From Chloroflexota bacterium (lineage in GTDB: Bacteria; Chloroflexota; UBA11872; VXOZ01), in NCBI GenBank assembly GCA_963663275.1, contig OY760183.1, positions 3,360,001 through 3,424,000 on the forward strand: a stretch of DNA of 64,000 nucleotides. The letters run 5' to 3'. The first letter of the stretch is position 1. Each line of letters starts with the position of its first letter. A program made the translations under genes and the position numbers. This document shows, one piece after another, positions 1 through 9,564 of this stretch. The notes under the pieces were generated by a model. The model was not told the origin of the DNA, searched no databases, and saw only the letters and a program-made list of their open reading frames with translations.

Positions 1-115
1 CTTGCGCGGCGAGAGGCCGTGAACCCCGTCAGGTCCGGAAGGAAGCAGCGGTAAGCGGTAACTTTCGGGTGCCGCAAGGAAGCTTGGCCGGAGCTAGCGC
101 CGCGTGGGCGCTCCA
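1..115 (+). ncRNA. ffs: Signal recognition particle RNA, 5'-truncated by the window edge, probably the large bacterial type
   Basis: Domain IV motif TCAGGTCCGGAAGGAAGCAGC at 29-49; CTTGCG..GGC (1-10) pairs with GCCGCAAG (71-78); lies upstream of dnaX, a common synteny; 3' end approximate. Confidence 0.93.
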
Positions 116-448
116 GGGAACGCAATCGATGGGAAGGCGCGGCCTCTTTGCGCTTTCTTGACGACGGTGTGACAGACTGGCGACGCGACGCGCGTTGCCA
201 GCGCGCCGGGACGCGGTGTCTTTGCCCTCGAACGCGATGCCGTAGACCTGCGTTTGCGGCTCGGGCGCGGGATGCCGGCGCGGCGACGGGTGATTTGCCG
301 GGCGAACCAAGCTTTCCGGTGTGCGCGGGTCTCTGCTGTTTTTCCTCTTTCTTTGTCCCTTTGTTCCTGCCTATACTGTCTGTGCGCGCCGCATTTGGGA
401 TGACGGGCTTCGCGTCCGACGGTGATCGCTTTTCGCGCTTCACGTTCC

Positions 449-662
449 GGCGGGGGACAAGCCCCAATGTTGTCGCATTAAACGCAATGAGAGTGAAAGC
501 GGCGCTCGTTTCTCCGGTAGCGCAGGTTTGTAGCCTGCGTCTTCCGTAGGCTCAATCGATTCCGTTCTCATTTTTCCTGTAAAGGCGGGGGACAAGCCCC
601 CGCGCTACGTTAACGAGCCAATATTTCCCCCTCACCCTAGCCCTCTCCCAGTGGGAGAGGGG
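449..662. repeat. Cluster of REP-like palindromes
   Basis: GGCGGGGGACAAGCCCC twice, GTAGCGCAGGTTTGTAGCCTGCG and CCCTCACCCTAGCCCTCTCCCAGTGGGAGAGGG; related motifs recur at 8.1-8.35, 17.6-17.9, 19.5, 31.2-31.6, 35.27 and 37.0-37.6 kb. Confidence 0.8.
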
Positions 663-737
663 ACAAGAGCGGTGCTTGGCTTTTCACCGGCAACTGGTTG
701 ACGGATAACTGTGTCCTAGCGAGGAGATGCTGCACCC

Positions 738-2435
738 ATGTCGCGGGTGGTGTTGTACAACAAGTGGCGGCCGCAGACGTTTGGCGACGTGGTCGGCCAG
801 GAGCCGACGGTGCGCACGCTGCAGAACTCGCTGGCGTCCGGGCAGGTGGCGCACGCCTACATCTTTGCCGGGCCGCGCGGCTCGGGCAAGACCTCGTTGG
901 CGCGCATCCTGGCCAAGGCGCTCAACTGTCTGCAAGGCGTCCAGCCGGAGCCGTGCGGCAAGTGCAACGCCTGCGCGGACGTGGTGGAAGGCCGCTTTCT
1001 CGACCTGGTGGAACTCGACGCCGCCTCCAATCGCGGCATCGAGGACATTCGCGACCTGCGCGAGCGCGTGAATTTTGCCCCGGTTAACGGCCGCTACAAA
1101 TTCTACCTGATAGACGAGGTGCACCAACTCACGCCGGAGGCGTCGAACGCGCTCCTGAAGACCCTGGAAGAGCCGCCGGAACACGCCGTGTTCGTGCTGG
1201 CCACCACCGAAATCCACCGGGTGCTGCCCACCATCCTCTCGCGCTGCCAGCGGTTCGATTTCCGCCGCATTCCGGTGCGGGACCTGGTGGCGCGCTTGCA
1301 GGAAATCGCCGGCGCCGAGAGGGTGAGCGCCGAAACGGAGGCGCTCAATATCCTGGCGCGCATGGCCGGCGGCAGCGCCCGCGACGCGGTGAGCCTCTTC
1401 GACCAGGCCATCATCTTCGCCGACGCCAACGTGACCGCCGCCCAGGTGCGCGAGATGCTGGGACTGGCCCACACGGCGGTGGTGGCCGAGTTCGTCGATA
1501 CGCTCGCCCGCCGCGACACCGGCGAGGGCCTGCGCGTCCTCGGCCAGGCCGCCGACCAGGGGCTGGACATGCGCCAGTTCGCCCGCGAGACCATCCGCTA
1601 CCTGCGCGGCACGCTGCTCCACAAGAGCGGCATGGAGGCGGCCGAACTCCTGGAGATGAGCGAGGAAGAAGCCGCGCTCATGGACGGCCTGGCCGGACGC
1701 ATCACGCTGGGCGAGATCGTGAAGGCGATCAGGCTCTTTTCGGAAGCCGAACAGGCGCTGCGCCTGGGGGTCTTCCCGCAACTGCCGGTGGAACTGGCGC
1801 TGGTGGAGTTCTGCGCCGCTGATGAAGCCGCAAGCGCTTCCCCGCCAACGGCGTCAACCGCAAGCGCCCCGCACGCAACGACCAGTGCGCCCACGCCCGC
1901 GCCCGGCCCGGCGGCTTCACCCGGCGCGCCGCCCGCGGACGCGGCGCCGGCAGCCGCTCCCGGCACCGCGCCACCGCCGGACACCGCCGCCGACGCCCCG
2001 GCCGCCGAGACTCAGGCTCAACCCGCGAAACCGCCCCCGGACGCGCCTCCGGCGGACACACCCCTGGCGGAAATCCAGCAGCGCTGGGACGCGGTGGTAA
2101 ACTCCTTCCGCCGGCCGAACGTCCATCTGCGCGGCGTGCTGCGCGACTGCACGCCGATCTCCGTGCGCGACCGCGCGCTCACGCTGGAGTTCGCCCACGC
2201 CTGGCACCGCGACAAGGTGCGCCAACCGGACAATCTCATCCTGGTGGAAAAAGCCGTGGCGCAGACCCTGGGCCGCCACTATTCCATCGAGTGCACGTTG
2301 GCGCAGAAGCCATCGTCCACGAAGCTCAACGCCAAAGATCCCGCCCAGGACCCGGTGGTGCGCGAGGCGCAGCGGCTCTTCCACGGCGCCATCACTTTCG
2401 AGGACTCCGCCGAGCACCCGCCTCCCGCCGAGTAA
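738..2435 (+). CDS. dnaX: DNA polymerase III subunit gamma/tau
   Basis: LYNKWRPQTF, Walker A GPRGSGKT, Zn Cys cluster, ELDAAS, IDEVH, LLKTLEEPP, SRC motif, Pro/Ala-rich linker; RBS GAGGAG. Confidence 0.97.
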   Translation: MSRVVLYNKWRPQTFGDVVGQEPTVRTLQNSLASGQVAHAYIFAGPRGSGKTSLARILAKALNCLQGVQPEPCGKCNACADVVEGRFLDLVELDAASNRGIEDIRDLRERVNFAPVNGRYKFYLIDEVHQLTPEASNALLKTLEEPPEHAVFVLATTEIHRVLPTILSRCQRFDFRRIPVRDLVARLQEIAGAERVSAETEALNILARMAGGSARDAVSLFDQAIIFADANVTAAQVREMLGLAHTAVVAEFVDTLARRDTGEGLRVLGQAADQGLDMRQFARETIRYLRGTLLHKSGMEAAELLEMSEEEAALMDGLAGRITLGEIVKAIRLFSEAEQALRLGVFPQLPVELALVEFCAADEAASASPPTASTASAPHATTSAPTPAPGPAASPGAPPADAAPAAAPGTAPPPDTAADAPAAETQAQPAKPPPDAPPADTPLAEIQQRWDAVVNSFRRPNVHLRGVLRDCTPISVRDRALTLEFAHAWHRDKVRQPDNLILVEKAVAQTLGRHYSIECTLAQKPSSTKLNAKDPAQDPVVREAQRLFHGAITFEDSAEHPPPAE

Positions 2436-2662
2436 CCGCCGCCGCGGCGCGCGCCGCTCATAGATCTAGCAAAACGGCGGCAGAGCAACACCGCGCGCCG
2501 GCCACCGGCGGGCCTCGCGCCCCGGCGCGGCGCTCATTTGCAGACAACATCCGCCGGCAGTGGTACATTAACCAGAAGAAGCCGAGCCGGACACGAGCCA
2601 TGCGCGCCGGCGTTTGTCAAGATAGTCGCGCAGCGTCGCAACGCATAAGGAGATCTGCAACC

Positions 2663-3970
2663 ATGTCTCTGGAGATATTCGAGCGGGGCACGCTCCCGCG
2701 TTGGGTCAGAGTGCGGCAGGAGCTTTACACCGACACCATCGACGACGTAGCGGCCGCCGTCGCCCAGGAGTTCGCGCGCCCGGAGATCCGCGAGACCATC
2801 CAACCGGGCCAGCGCGTGGCGCTCACCGGCGGCAGCCGGGGCATCGACCGCATCGCTCAGGTGCTCAAGGCGGCGGCGCGGGAGGTCAATCGCCTCGGCG
2901 CGGAGCCGTTCATCGTGCCCGCCATGGGCAGCCACGGCGGCGCGACCGCCCAGGGACAAGTCGAGGTGCTCGCCCATTACGGCGTTACCGAAGAAGCCAT
3001 GGGCTGCCCCATCCGCTCCAGCATGGAGACCGTCCTGCTCGGCCACGTGGAAGACAACGTGCCGGTCTGGTTCGACAAGATCGCCTATACCGAGGCGGAC
3101 GTCACCATCCCCGTCAACCGCGTCAAGCCCCACACCGACTTTCACGGGCACATCGAGTCCGGCCTGATGAAGTTGCTGGCCATCGGCCTGGGCAAGCAGA
3201 AGGGCGCGGACACGTTCCACGGGCGCAGTTTTGCCGAGTTTCCCACGCTCATTCCCGCGGTGGGGCAATTCGCCCTGAGCAAAGCGCCGATACCCTTCGG
3301 CCTGGCGCTGGTGGAAGACGGCCACTCCCGCCTCTCGCTGGTTAAAGCCGTGCCGGCCGCCCGCATCCTGGAAGAAGAGCAGGAGTTGCTCAAAGTCGCC
3401 CGCGAGCGCATGGCGCGGCTGCCCGGCGAGGAGATCGACGTGTTGATCGTCGATCAGTTCGGCAAGGACATCAGCGGCATCGGCGCGGACACCAACGTGG
3501 TCAACCGCTACTGGAGCGGCCCGCTGCCGCACCCGCCGCGCATCCAGCGTTTGGTCATGCGCGACTTGACCGCAGACACGGAAGGCAACGCCTGCGGCAT
3601 CGGCCTGGGCGACGTGGTGCTGCAACAGGTAGTGGATAAGCTGGACCCGGTGCAGACCTACATGAACACCATCACCGCCAAGGGGCCGGAAGGCGCGCGC
3701 ATTCCGCTCACGGTGGCCAACGACCGGGAGGCGCTCTACGTGGCGCTGGCCTGCTGCTTGCAGACCGAGAACGAGTCCGCCCGCATCATGCGCATCCAGG
3801 ACACCAAGCGCCTGGAAGACCTCTGGGTCTCCGAGCCGCTGCTGCCGCAAATGGAAGCCACCGGCCGGGTGCGCCAGGTAAGCGAGCCGGAAGAGATCGC
3901 GTTCGACGCCCAGGGCATGTTCACGCAGTCCAGCTTCTCCCGGAATGGCGCGGCAGTCGCGGCTTCATAG
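2663..3970 (+). CDS. LarA N-terminal-like / DUF362-related protein (nickel-pincer racemase/epimerase superfamily)
   Basis: GSRGI, PAMGSHGGATAQGQ, NRVKPHT, ESGLMK, GKDISG motifs; start chosen after RBS AAGGAG. Confidence 0.7.
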   Translation: MSLEIFERGTLPRWVRVRQELYTDTIDDVAAAVAQEFARPEIRETIQPGQRVALTGGSRGIDRIAQVLKAAAREVNRLGAEPFIVPAMGSHGGATAQGQVEVLAHYGVTEEAMGCPIRSSMETVLLGHVEDNVPVWFDKIAYTEADVTIPVNRVKPHTDFHGHIESGLMKLLAIGLGKQKGADTFHGRSFAEFPTLIPAVGQFALSKAPIPFGLALVEDGHSRLSLVKAVPAARILEEEQELLKVARERMARLPGEEIDVLIVDQFGKDISGIGADTNVVNRYWSGPLPHPPRIQRLVMRDLTADTEGNACGIGLGDVVLQQVVDKLDPVQTYMNTITAKGPEGARIPLTVANDREALYVALACCLQTENESARIMRIQDTKRLEDLWVSEPLLPQMEATGRVRQVSEPEEIAFDAQGMFTQSSFSRNGAAVAAS

Positions 3971-3983
3971 CAAAGGACTATTC

Positions 3984-4182
3984 ATGCTCGACGCATTCGA
4001 CCTCACCGGCAGCACGGTCATCGTCACCGGGCGCCAGCCGGGGCATTGGCCGCACCACGGCGGAAGTGCTCGCCGCTGCCGGCGCGCCAACGTGGTGGCC
4101 GTCGCCCGCACCGAGAGCGCGCTTGCCGCGCTGGCGCAGGACATCTCCGGCGCCGGCGGCACGGCGGTGGCCGTGCGCGCCG
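3984..4182 (+). pseudogene. Truncated, frameshifted duplicate of the 5' end of the downstream SDR gene (possible assembly artefact)
   Basis: About 200 bp nearly identical to 4262-4457, with indels and substitutions. Confidence 0.8.
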
Positions 4183-4261
4183 TTAATGGTTGCGTTCGTA
4201 ATGCCAGAAACGCCAGCGTAGATGAGCGCAGTCCAAGACATAGCAAGAGAGGTATCCTTAC

Positions 4262-5017
4262 ATGCTCGACGCATTCGACCTCACCGGCAGCACGGTCATC
4301 GTCACCGGGGCGAGCCGGGGCATTGGCCGCACCACGGCGGAAGTGCTCGCCGCGGCCGGGGCCAACGTGGTGGCGGTCGCCCGCACCGAGAGCGCGCTTG
4401 CCGCGCTGGCGCAGGACATCTCCGGCGCCGGCGGCACGGCGGTGGCCGTGCGCGCCGACGTGAACGTGCCGGAGGATACGGAGATGCTGGTGGAGCGGAC
4501 GCTGGCGGCGTTTGGCGCGGTGGACGCGCTGGTGAACAACGCCGGCGAGTCCGGCAGGAACGGCCCCATGGGCGAGACCTCCGCCGCCGATTGGGACGAC
4601 CTGCTGGGCAACAACCTGCGCAGCGCCTTCCTGTGCAGCAAGGCCGTCTTTCCCATTATGGAGCGGCAGCGGCGCGGCAGCATCGTCAACATGGCGAGCA
4701 TCAGCGGCCAGAACGGCGGCCAGAGCGCCCGCGTGCACTACGCCGCCTCGAAAGGCGGCATGATCGCCTTCACCAAGGCCCTCGCCCGCCAGATGGCGCC
4801 CTGGGGACGCGCCAACAACATCGCCCCCGGCCAGATCGACACCGGCTTTGCCCGCATTCCCGAAGAGCGTCTGCGCATCGTGCTCGACCGCACCCCGCTG
4901 GAACGCCTAGGCAAACCGGAGGAAATCGCCTACGGCGTGCTCTACCTCGCCAGCGACGCCTCGGCGTTCATCACCGGCCACACGCTGGCGATCAACGGCG
5001 GGATGATCATGGACTAG
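4262..5017 (+). CDS. Short-chain dehydrogenase/reductase (FabG-like)
   Basis: TGASRGIG, NNAG, YAASK, PG.IDT motifs. Confidence 0.95.
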   Translation: MLDAFDLTGSTVIVTGASRGIGRTTAEVLAAAGANVVAVARTESALAALAQDISGAGGTAVAVRADVNVPEDTEMLVERTLAAFGAVDALVNNAGESGRNGPMGETSAADWDDLLGNNLRSAFLCSKAVFPIMERQRRGSIVNMASISGQNGGQSARVHYAASKGGMIAFTKALARQMAPWGRANNIAPGQIDTGFARIPEERLRIVLDRTPLERLGKPEEIAYGVLYLASDASAFITGHTLAINGGMIMD

Positions 5018-5105
5018 AGCGAGCGCGCGTGCAGGCGGATCGCGCGCAAGGCAGGGCAACCGCCCTGCGCGCGACGCACGCACTCATGCGCTTTACCGCA
5101 CCACC

Positions 5106-5756
5106 ATGGCAGCCCTCGAATCATTCGTTCTCGTCTTCGCCGCGTCGTTCTCCATCGGCCTCTCCGGCGCGATGTCGCCCGGCCCGTTGACGATCTTCGT
5201 CATGAGCCAGAGTACCCGCCACGGCGTGCTGGCCGGCCCGCTGGCGTCGCTGGGGCACGGGCTGCTGGAAGTCGCGCTGGTCGTGCTCCTGTGGCTGGGT
5301 CTTGCCCGCATCCTGCAATGGGGCCCGGTGCTGGCCGCCATTGGCGTGACCGGCGGCCTGGTGATGATTTGGATGGGCTGGAAGATTATCAGCGGTGTGC
5401 GGCGGGAAGGCGCGACGCTGCAAGAATCTATCTCCGGCCGGCACGCGGGCAACCCGCTGCTGGGCGGGGCCGTGCTCAGCCTGGCGAACCCCTACTGGTC
5501 CTTCTGGTGGGCCACGGTCGGCATCTCCACCATCACCACGCTGGCGCTGCCGCGCGGCGCAGTGGGCCTCACGGCATTCACCATCGGCCACGTCGCCAGC
5601 GACTTCGCCTGGCTGACCATCGTTGCCATCGTCTTCGCCACCGGCCGGCGCTTCATCACCGACCGGGTGTACCGCTGGACGCTCTACCTCTTTGGCGTCC
5701 TGCTGGCGCTCTTTGGGGTCTCCTTCATCTGGCACGGCGCATCCATGTTCCTCTGA
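5106..5756 (+). CDS. LysE family translocator
   Basis: SGAMSPGP, GHGLLE, NPYW..WW, GH..SD; multiple hydrophobic helices. Confidence 0.88.
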   Translation: MAALESFVLVFAASFSIGLSGAMSPGPLTIFVMSQSTRHGVLAGPLASLGHGLLEVALVVLLWLGLARILQWGPVLAAIGVTGGLVMIWMGWKIISGVRREGATLQESISGRHAGNPLLGGAVLSLANPYWSFWWATVGISTITTLALPRGAVGLTAFTIGHVASDFAWLTIVAIVFATGRRFITDRVYRWTLYLFGVLLALFGVSFIWHGASMFL

Positions 5757-5981
5757 GCGCGATATGCAATGCCAGCCATAGCGCCGTGAAAGTCATACTA
5801 TCTTGCGCCGGTTGCGGCAATATGGAGCCACAGCCCGCTCTCGTGTTGAGCCAATCCCCATTGAGGCCCGCGCATGGGCGCTACGCGGACTGCGGCAAGT
5901 TCGGCAGAATCCATCTCGCTGCGCAAGAAGCTATGCTATAGTGGAGTTGAGAAGCACGCCGAGCAACTATGGTGGGTACAC

Positions 5982-6167
5982 ATGGAAAACTATGAATTCA
6001 TCAGCACGATAGCGGCAGTGATTGTTGCGGCAGCCGCGGTCGGTGGCTTGGTCTTGCGCATCGAGGTTCGTTTAGGAGAACGCATGACCGCGCTCGAGCA
6101 GCGCGTATCCCGCATTGAAGGTCTGCTCGAAGGCTACTTCCTGCAAGCCAGCAAGCGGGATGAGTAG
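5982..6167 (+). CDS. Small membrane-anchored coiled-coil hypothetical protein
   Basis: 61 aa; N-terminal hydrophobic helix then ERMTALEQRVSRIEGLLEG. Confidence 0.6.
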   Translation: MENYEFISTIAAVIVAAAAVGGLVLRIEVRLGERMTALEQRVSRIEGLLEGYFLQASKRDE

Positions 6168-6278
6168 CAGAGACCACGGACCGGTTTAGCCGCCGTGTTC
6201 GTCACCGTAAACTCCGGTTGCGCGTTGTTCTGCGCAAAGAGCTAAGCGTATCCGCCGCGCGCCAGGGAGGCGCTGAGA

Positions 6279-7694
6279 ATGGCCGCAAATGCGCTCGACA
6301 GCCGGCGGGACAAGCCGCCCGGCCCCCGCGATTTCCTGGGCCTGCGCACCGTGGGCGCCCTTAAAGACAACCCGCTTCGGATGATGCGGGACGTCTGGAA
6401 GACCTACGGGGACATCGCCCATCACACGCTGCTCTTCGACCGGGTCTACTTCCTGTCCCATCCCGATTACGTCGGTCACGTCCTGTTGGAGAATCACAAG
6501 AACTACCGGCGCGGCCCGGACTACAAGAAACTCCGGCGGCTGCTGGGCGACGGCCTCGTGACCAATGACGGCGCATCGTGGCTCGCGCAGCGCCGCCTGA
6601 TGCAGCCGGCCTTCCACCGGCGGCACATTGCCGGCTTTGGCGAGACCATGATCGCGGAGACCGAGAAGATGCTGGCGGGATGGGCGGAACCGGCCGCCCG
6701 CGGCGAGCCGCTGGACGTCAGCAGCGAGATGATGCGCGTTACGCTTAACATCGTGAGCCGCGTGATGTTCGGCGCCGACGTGCAGGACGACGCCGAGCGG
6801 CTGGAGCCCCTGGTTACCACGGCGCAGCGCGAGGCCCGCAAGCGGATGTACGTGCTGGTTGACTTTCCGGAGTGGGCGCCCTTGCCGGGCATTCGCCGCG
6901 CCGTCCTGGCGCGGCAGACCATCGACGACGTGGTGCAGCGGTTCATCGACGCCCGCCGCCGGTCGGACGCTTCCCAGGAAAACGACCTGCTCACCCTGCT
7001 GCTGGACGCCAGAGACGAGGATACCGGCGAAGCGATGGACGACGATCAACTGCGGGACGAGGTGCGCACCATCTTCCTGGCCGGACACGAGACCACCGCC
7101 AACGCGCTTTCGTGGACCTGGTACCTGCTGGGACACAATCTCGACGCCGGCCGCAAACTGCGGGAGGAACTCGCCAGTGTCTTGGGCGGCCGGCCGCCCA
7201 CTGTCGCCGACGCCGCGAAACTGCCCTATACGAAGATGGTCGTCCAGGAATCCATGCGTCTCCTGCCGCCGGTGTGGAGCATGTCCCGCGGGGCCATCGG
7301 CGACGACGAAATCGGCGGCTACACCATTCCCGCGGACAGCACCGTTATCTTGAGCCAGTACATGACCCACCGCCACCCGGAATTCTGGGAAGATCCGGAA
7401 GCCTTCATCCCGGAACGCTTCGCGCCGGAGCGCGTGAAAGAACGCCACCGCTTTGCCTACTTTCCCTTTGGCGGCGGGCCGCGGCTCTGCATCGGCAACA
7501 ACTTCGCCATGCTGGAAGCGCAACTGCTGCTCGCTACGATCGCCCAGAAATACGAACTCGACCTGGTTCCCGACCATCCGGTGGAATTGGACCCCCTCAT
7601 CACCCTGCGTCCCAAGTACGGGGTGAAGGTGATGCTCAGGCCGTGCGCGCAGCCTGCCCGGCGCGAAGTTCCCGCTACCGCCGCCGGCGCCTGA
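6279..7694 (+). CDS. Cytochrome P450
   Basis: AGHETT I-helix, ESMR (ExxR), PERF, FGGGPRLCIG heme motif; RBS GGAGG. Confidence 0.97.
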   Translation: MAANALDSRRDKPPGPRDFLGLRTVGALKDNPLRMMRDVWKTYGDIAHHTLLFDRVYFLSHPDYVGHVLLENHKNYRRGPDYKKLRRLLGDGLVTNDGASWLAQRRLMQPAFHRRHIAGFGETMIAETEKMLAGWAEPAARGEPLDVSSEMMRVTLNIVSRVMFGADVQDDAERLEPLVTTAQREARKRMYVLVDFPEWAPLPGIRRAVLARQTIDDVVQRFIDARRRSDASQENDLLTLLLDARDEDTGEAMDDDQLRDEVRTIFLAGHETTANALSWTWYLLGHNLDAGRKLREELASVLGGRPPTVADAAKLPYTKMVVQESMRLLPPVWSMSRGAIGDDEIGGYTIPADSTVILSQYMTHRHPEFWEDPEAFIPERFAPERVKERHRFAYFPFGGGPRLCIGNNFAMLEAQLLLATIAQKYELDLVPDHPVELDPLITLRPKYGVKVMLRPCAQPARREVPATAAGA

Positions 7695-7719
7695 CGCCCG
7701 CTACCGCCGCCCGGGCTTA

Positions 7720-7919
7720 GAACCTGTTTACTATCTGCTTAGAGATAGAACCTGTTTACTATCTGCTTTGAGGGAGTTTGCAAAGCCGGTGTAAACCGTT
7801 CGTGCTGAGCCCGTCGAAGCATGAACGGTTGCTTGCCAGCGTGCAACGACTCCAATCACCCTTCGACAAGCTCAGGGCGAACGTTCCTCGATGCAGACAA
7901 GACGATCGTAAACAGGTTC
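7720..7919. mobile_element. MITE-like element family 1 (IS5-like ends) carrying a REP doublet
   Basis: GAACCTGTTTAC...GTAAACAGGTTC inverted ends, TTA on both flanks, left end repeated at about 7748; homologous copy at 41000-41171. Confidence 0.75.
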
Positions 7920-7953
7920 TTAGGGTATAATTCAAGAGTCCCGCCCCTGCCGT

Positions 7954-8026
7954 GCCCCCGTAGCTCAGTGGACAGAGCAACTGCCTTCTAAGCAGTTGGT
8001 CGGGTGTTCGAATCACCCCGGGGGCG
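7954..8026 (+). tRNA. tRNA-Arg (anticodon TCT)
   Basis: Acceptor stem GCCCCCG/CGGGGGC, D arm GCTCAGTGGACAGAGC, anticodon arm ACTGC-CTTCTAA-GCAGT, T arm GGGTG-TTCGAAT-CACCC; CCA not encoded; TATAAT at 7926-7931. Confidence 0.96.
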
Positions 8027-8102
8027 CCTCTGTTCCCCAACAGTCCTCAGTCGCCGGCCCTGCCCGGAAAGACGTGCGCTAGCCACGATTCCCCCCACCC
8101 CG

Positions 8103-8349
8103 GTAGGGGCACGACATGTCGTGCCCCTACCGGGGGCGTGGCGCGCGTCCTGCGAGTTAAGGCACCTCAAGACCCTGCCGGGAGACCTTTGTGCAACCAT
8201 AGTCTGCGCACAATGAAACTCCCTCTCCCTGGGGGAGAGGGCCGGGGTGAGGGGTGAATCTCCGTCGGTTCGGCTCCATTGCGCAAAACTTGGGAGTGAG
8301 GCGCCGCACAATTTCCCCCTCACCCTAACCCTCTCCCCCAGGAGAGGGA
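8103..8349. repeat. REP cluster
   Basis: GTAGGGGCACGACATGTCGTGCCCCTAC, two CCCTCTCCC..GGGAGAGGG-type units in opposite orientation, and a GAGACCTTTG end at 8182. Confidence 0.8.
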
Positions 8350-8460
8350 ACAGGAGGCGCCCGCTCCGCCAGTGCGCCTGCTCACCACGCGCCTCCACTT
8401 GCGCCGCCAAATGCGCGTATAATGAGGAAAACCCGTAAACACAGGAGCGGATTACACACC

Positions 8461-9417
8461 ATGGTGACACTTGGCGACGGCAAGTACACGTACGCCACCA
8501 CGGGAGCCAACTGGGGCAACCTGCCGGACGGGGCCAACTACAAAGAAGCCACGTCGGTAGCCGTAGACTCCCAGGACGACGTCTACGTCTTCAATCGCGG
8601 CACGCACCCCATGGTCGTCTACGACTCGGAAGGCGCCGTGCTGCGCACGTGGGGGCACGGCCTCTTCGACACGCCCCACGGTGTGTCGGTGGGGCCGGAC
8701 GACAGCGTGTACTGCATCGACAGCGGCGATTCTACCGTGCGCAAATTCACGCCGGAGGGCGAGTTGCTCATGACCCTTGGCACGCCGGGCGAACCGGCGG
8801 CGCCCATGAGCGGCCAGCCGTTCAACCGTCCGACGACGGTCGCGTTCGAGCCCGGCACGGACGCCTTCTACGTGGCGGACGGCTACAGCAACGCCCACGT
8901 GCACAAGTTTTCCGGTGACGGAGAACTGCTGCACTCGTGGGGCGCGTCCGGCACGGAGCCGGGCCATTTCAACATCGTGCACGACATCGCGGTGGACGCC
9001 GCCGGACGGGTCTACATTGCCGACCGCGAAAACCACCGCGTGCAGATCTTCTCCGCCGACGGCGCGTTCCTGACGCAGTGGGTGAATCTTTCCAAGGCCG
9101 CCTGTGTGCTCGTGGACCCGCGCGGTGAAGACCTCGTGTACGTCGGCGAGTATTTCGGCGGCATCGACTCCAACGCCATGGGCATGGACCTCGGCCCGCG
9201 CGTCTCCATTCTGGACACCGCCGGCAACGTGCTGGCGCGCCTGGGACGGGAAGCCTACGGCGACGCGCCCGGCCGCTTCTACTCGCCGCACAGCCTCGCC
9301 GTCGACTCTAAGGGCGACATCTACGTGGCTGAAGTCTCGTGGAGCGAGTACGGCAGGAATCTCGACCCGCCGCGGGAATTGCGCTCGCTGCAGAAACTCA
9401 TTCACCAGCCGGCGTGA
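8461..9417 (+). CDS. NHL-repeat beta-propeller, peptidyl-alpha-hydroxyglycine lyase (PAL)-like
   Basis: VAVDSQDDVYVFNRG, F..PHG, YVADGYSN, YIADRENHRVQIF repeats; RBS AGGAG. Confidence 0.88.
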   Translation: MVTLGDGKYTYATTGANWGNLPDGANYKEATSVAVDSQDDVYVFNRGTHPMVVYDSEGAVLRTWGHGLFDTPHGVSVGPDDSVYCIDSGDSTVRKFTPEGELLMTLGTPGEPAAPMSGQPFNRPTTVAFEPGTDAFYVADGYSNAHVHKFSGDGELLHSWGASGTEPGHFNIVHDIAVDAAGRVYIADRENHRVQIFSADGAFLTQWVNLSKAACVLVDPRGEDLVYVGEYFGGIDSNAMGMDLGPRVSILDTAGNVLARLGREAYGDAPGRFYSPHSLAVDSKGDIYVAEVSWSEYGRNLDPPRELRSLQKLIHQPA

Positions 9418-9467
9418 TACGAGTTTGGTGCAAGTAGAGTAAACGCGCAATGAGCAGGAAGGTAGAA

Positions 9468-9506
9468 CAGAGAGCGGGCCGACTGGAATGGTCGGCCCGC
9501 TCTCTG
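9468..9506. terminator. Hairpin between convergent genes, probable terminator
   Basis: Perfect 16-bp stem CAGAGAGCGGGCCGAC / GTCGGCCCGCTCTCTG. Confidence 0.7.
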
Positions 9507-9564
9507 ATTTCCGCTCTATCGCCTCTGTCAGCCCATCAAGAGACTGTCAGAGCGCAGCCCGGAT

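Noticed and set aside
738-2435. Programmed -1 frameshift or slippage site in dnaX
   Set aside because: No A-AAA-AAG heptamer or long A run was seen near the linker.
4183-4240. Sequencing adapter inside the SDR duplication
   Set aside because: It matches no adapter sequence I recall and looks more like a noisy copy of the upstream gene end.
7954-9417. Integrative element at the tRNA-Arg 3' end
   Set aside because: No integrase and no duplicated tRNA 3' end found in the window.
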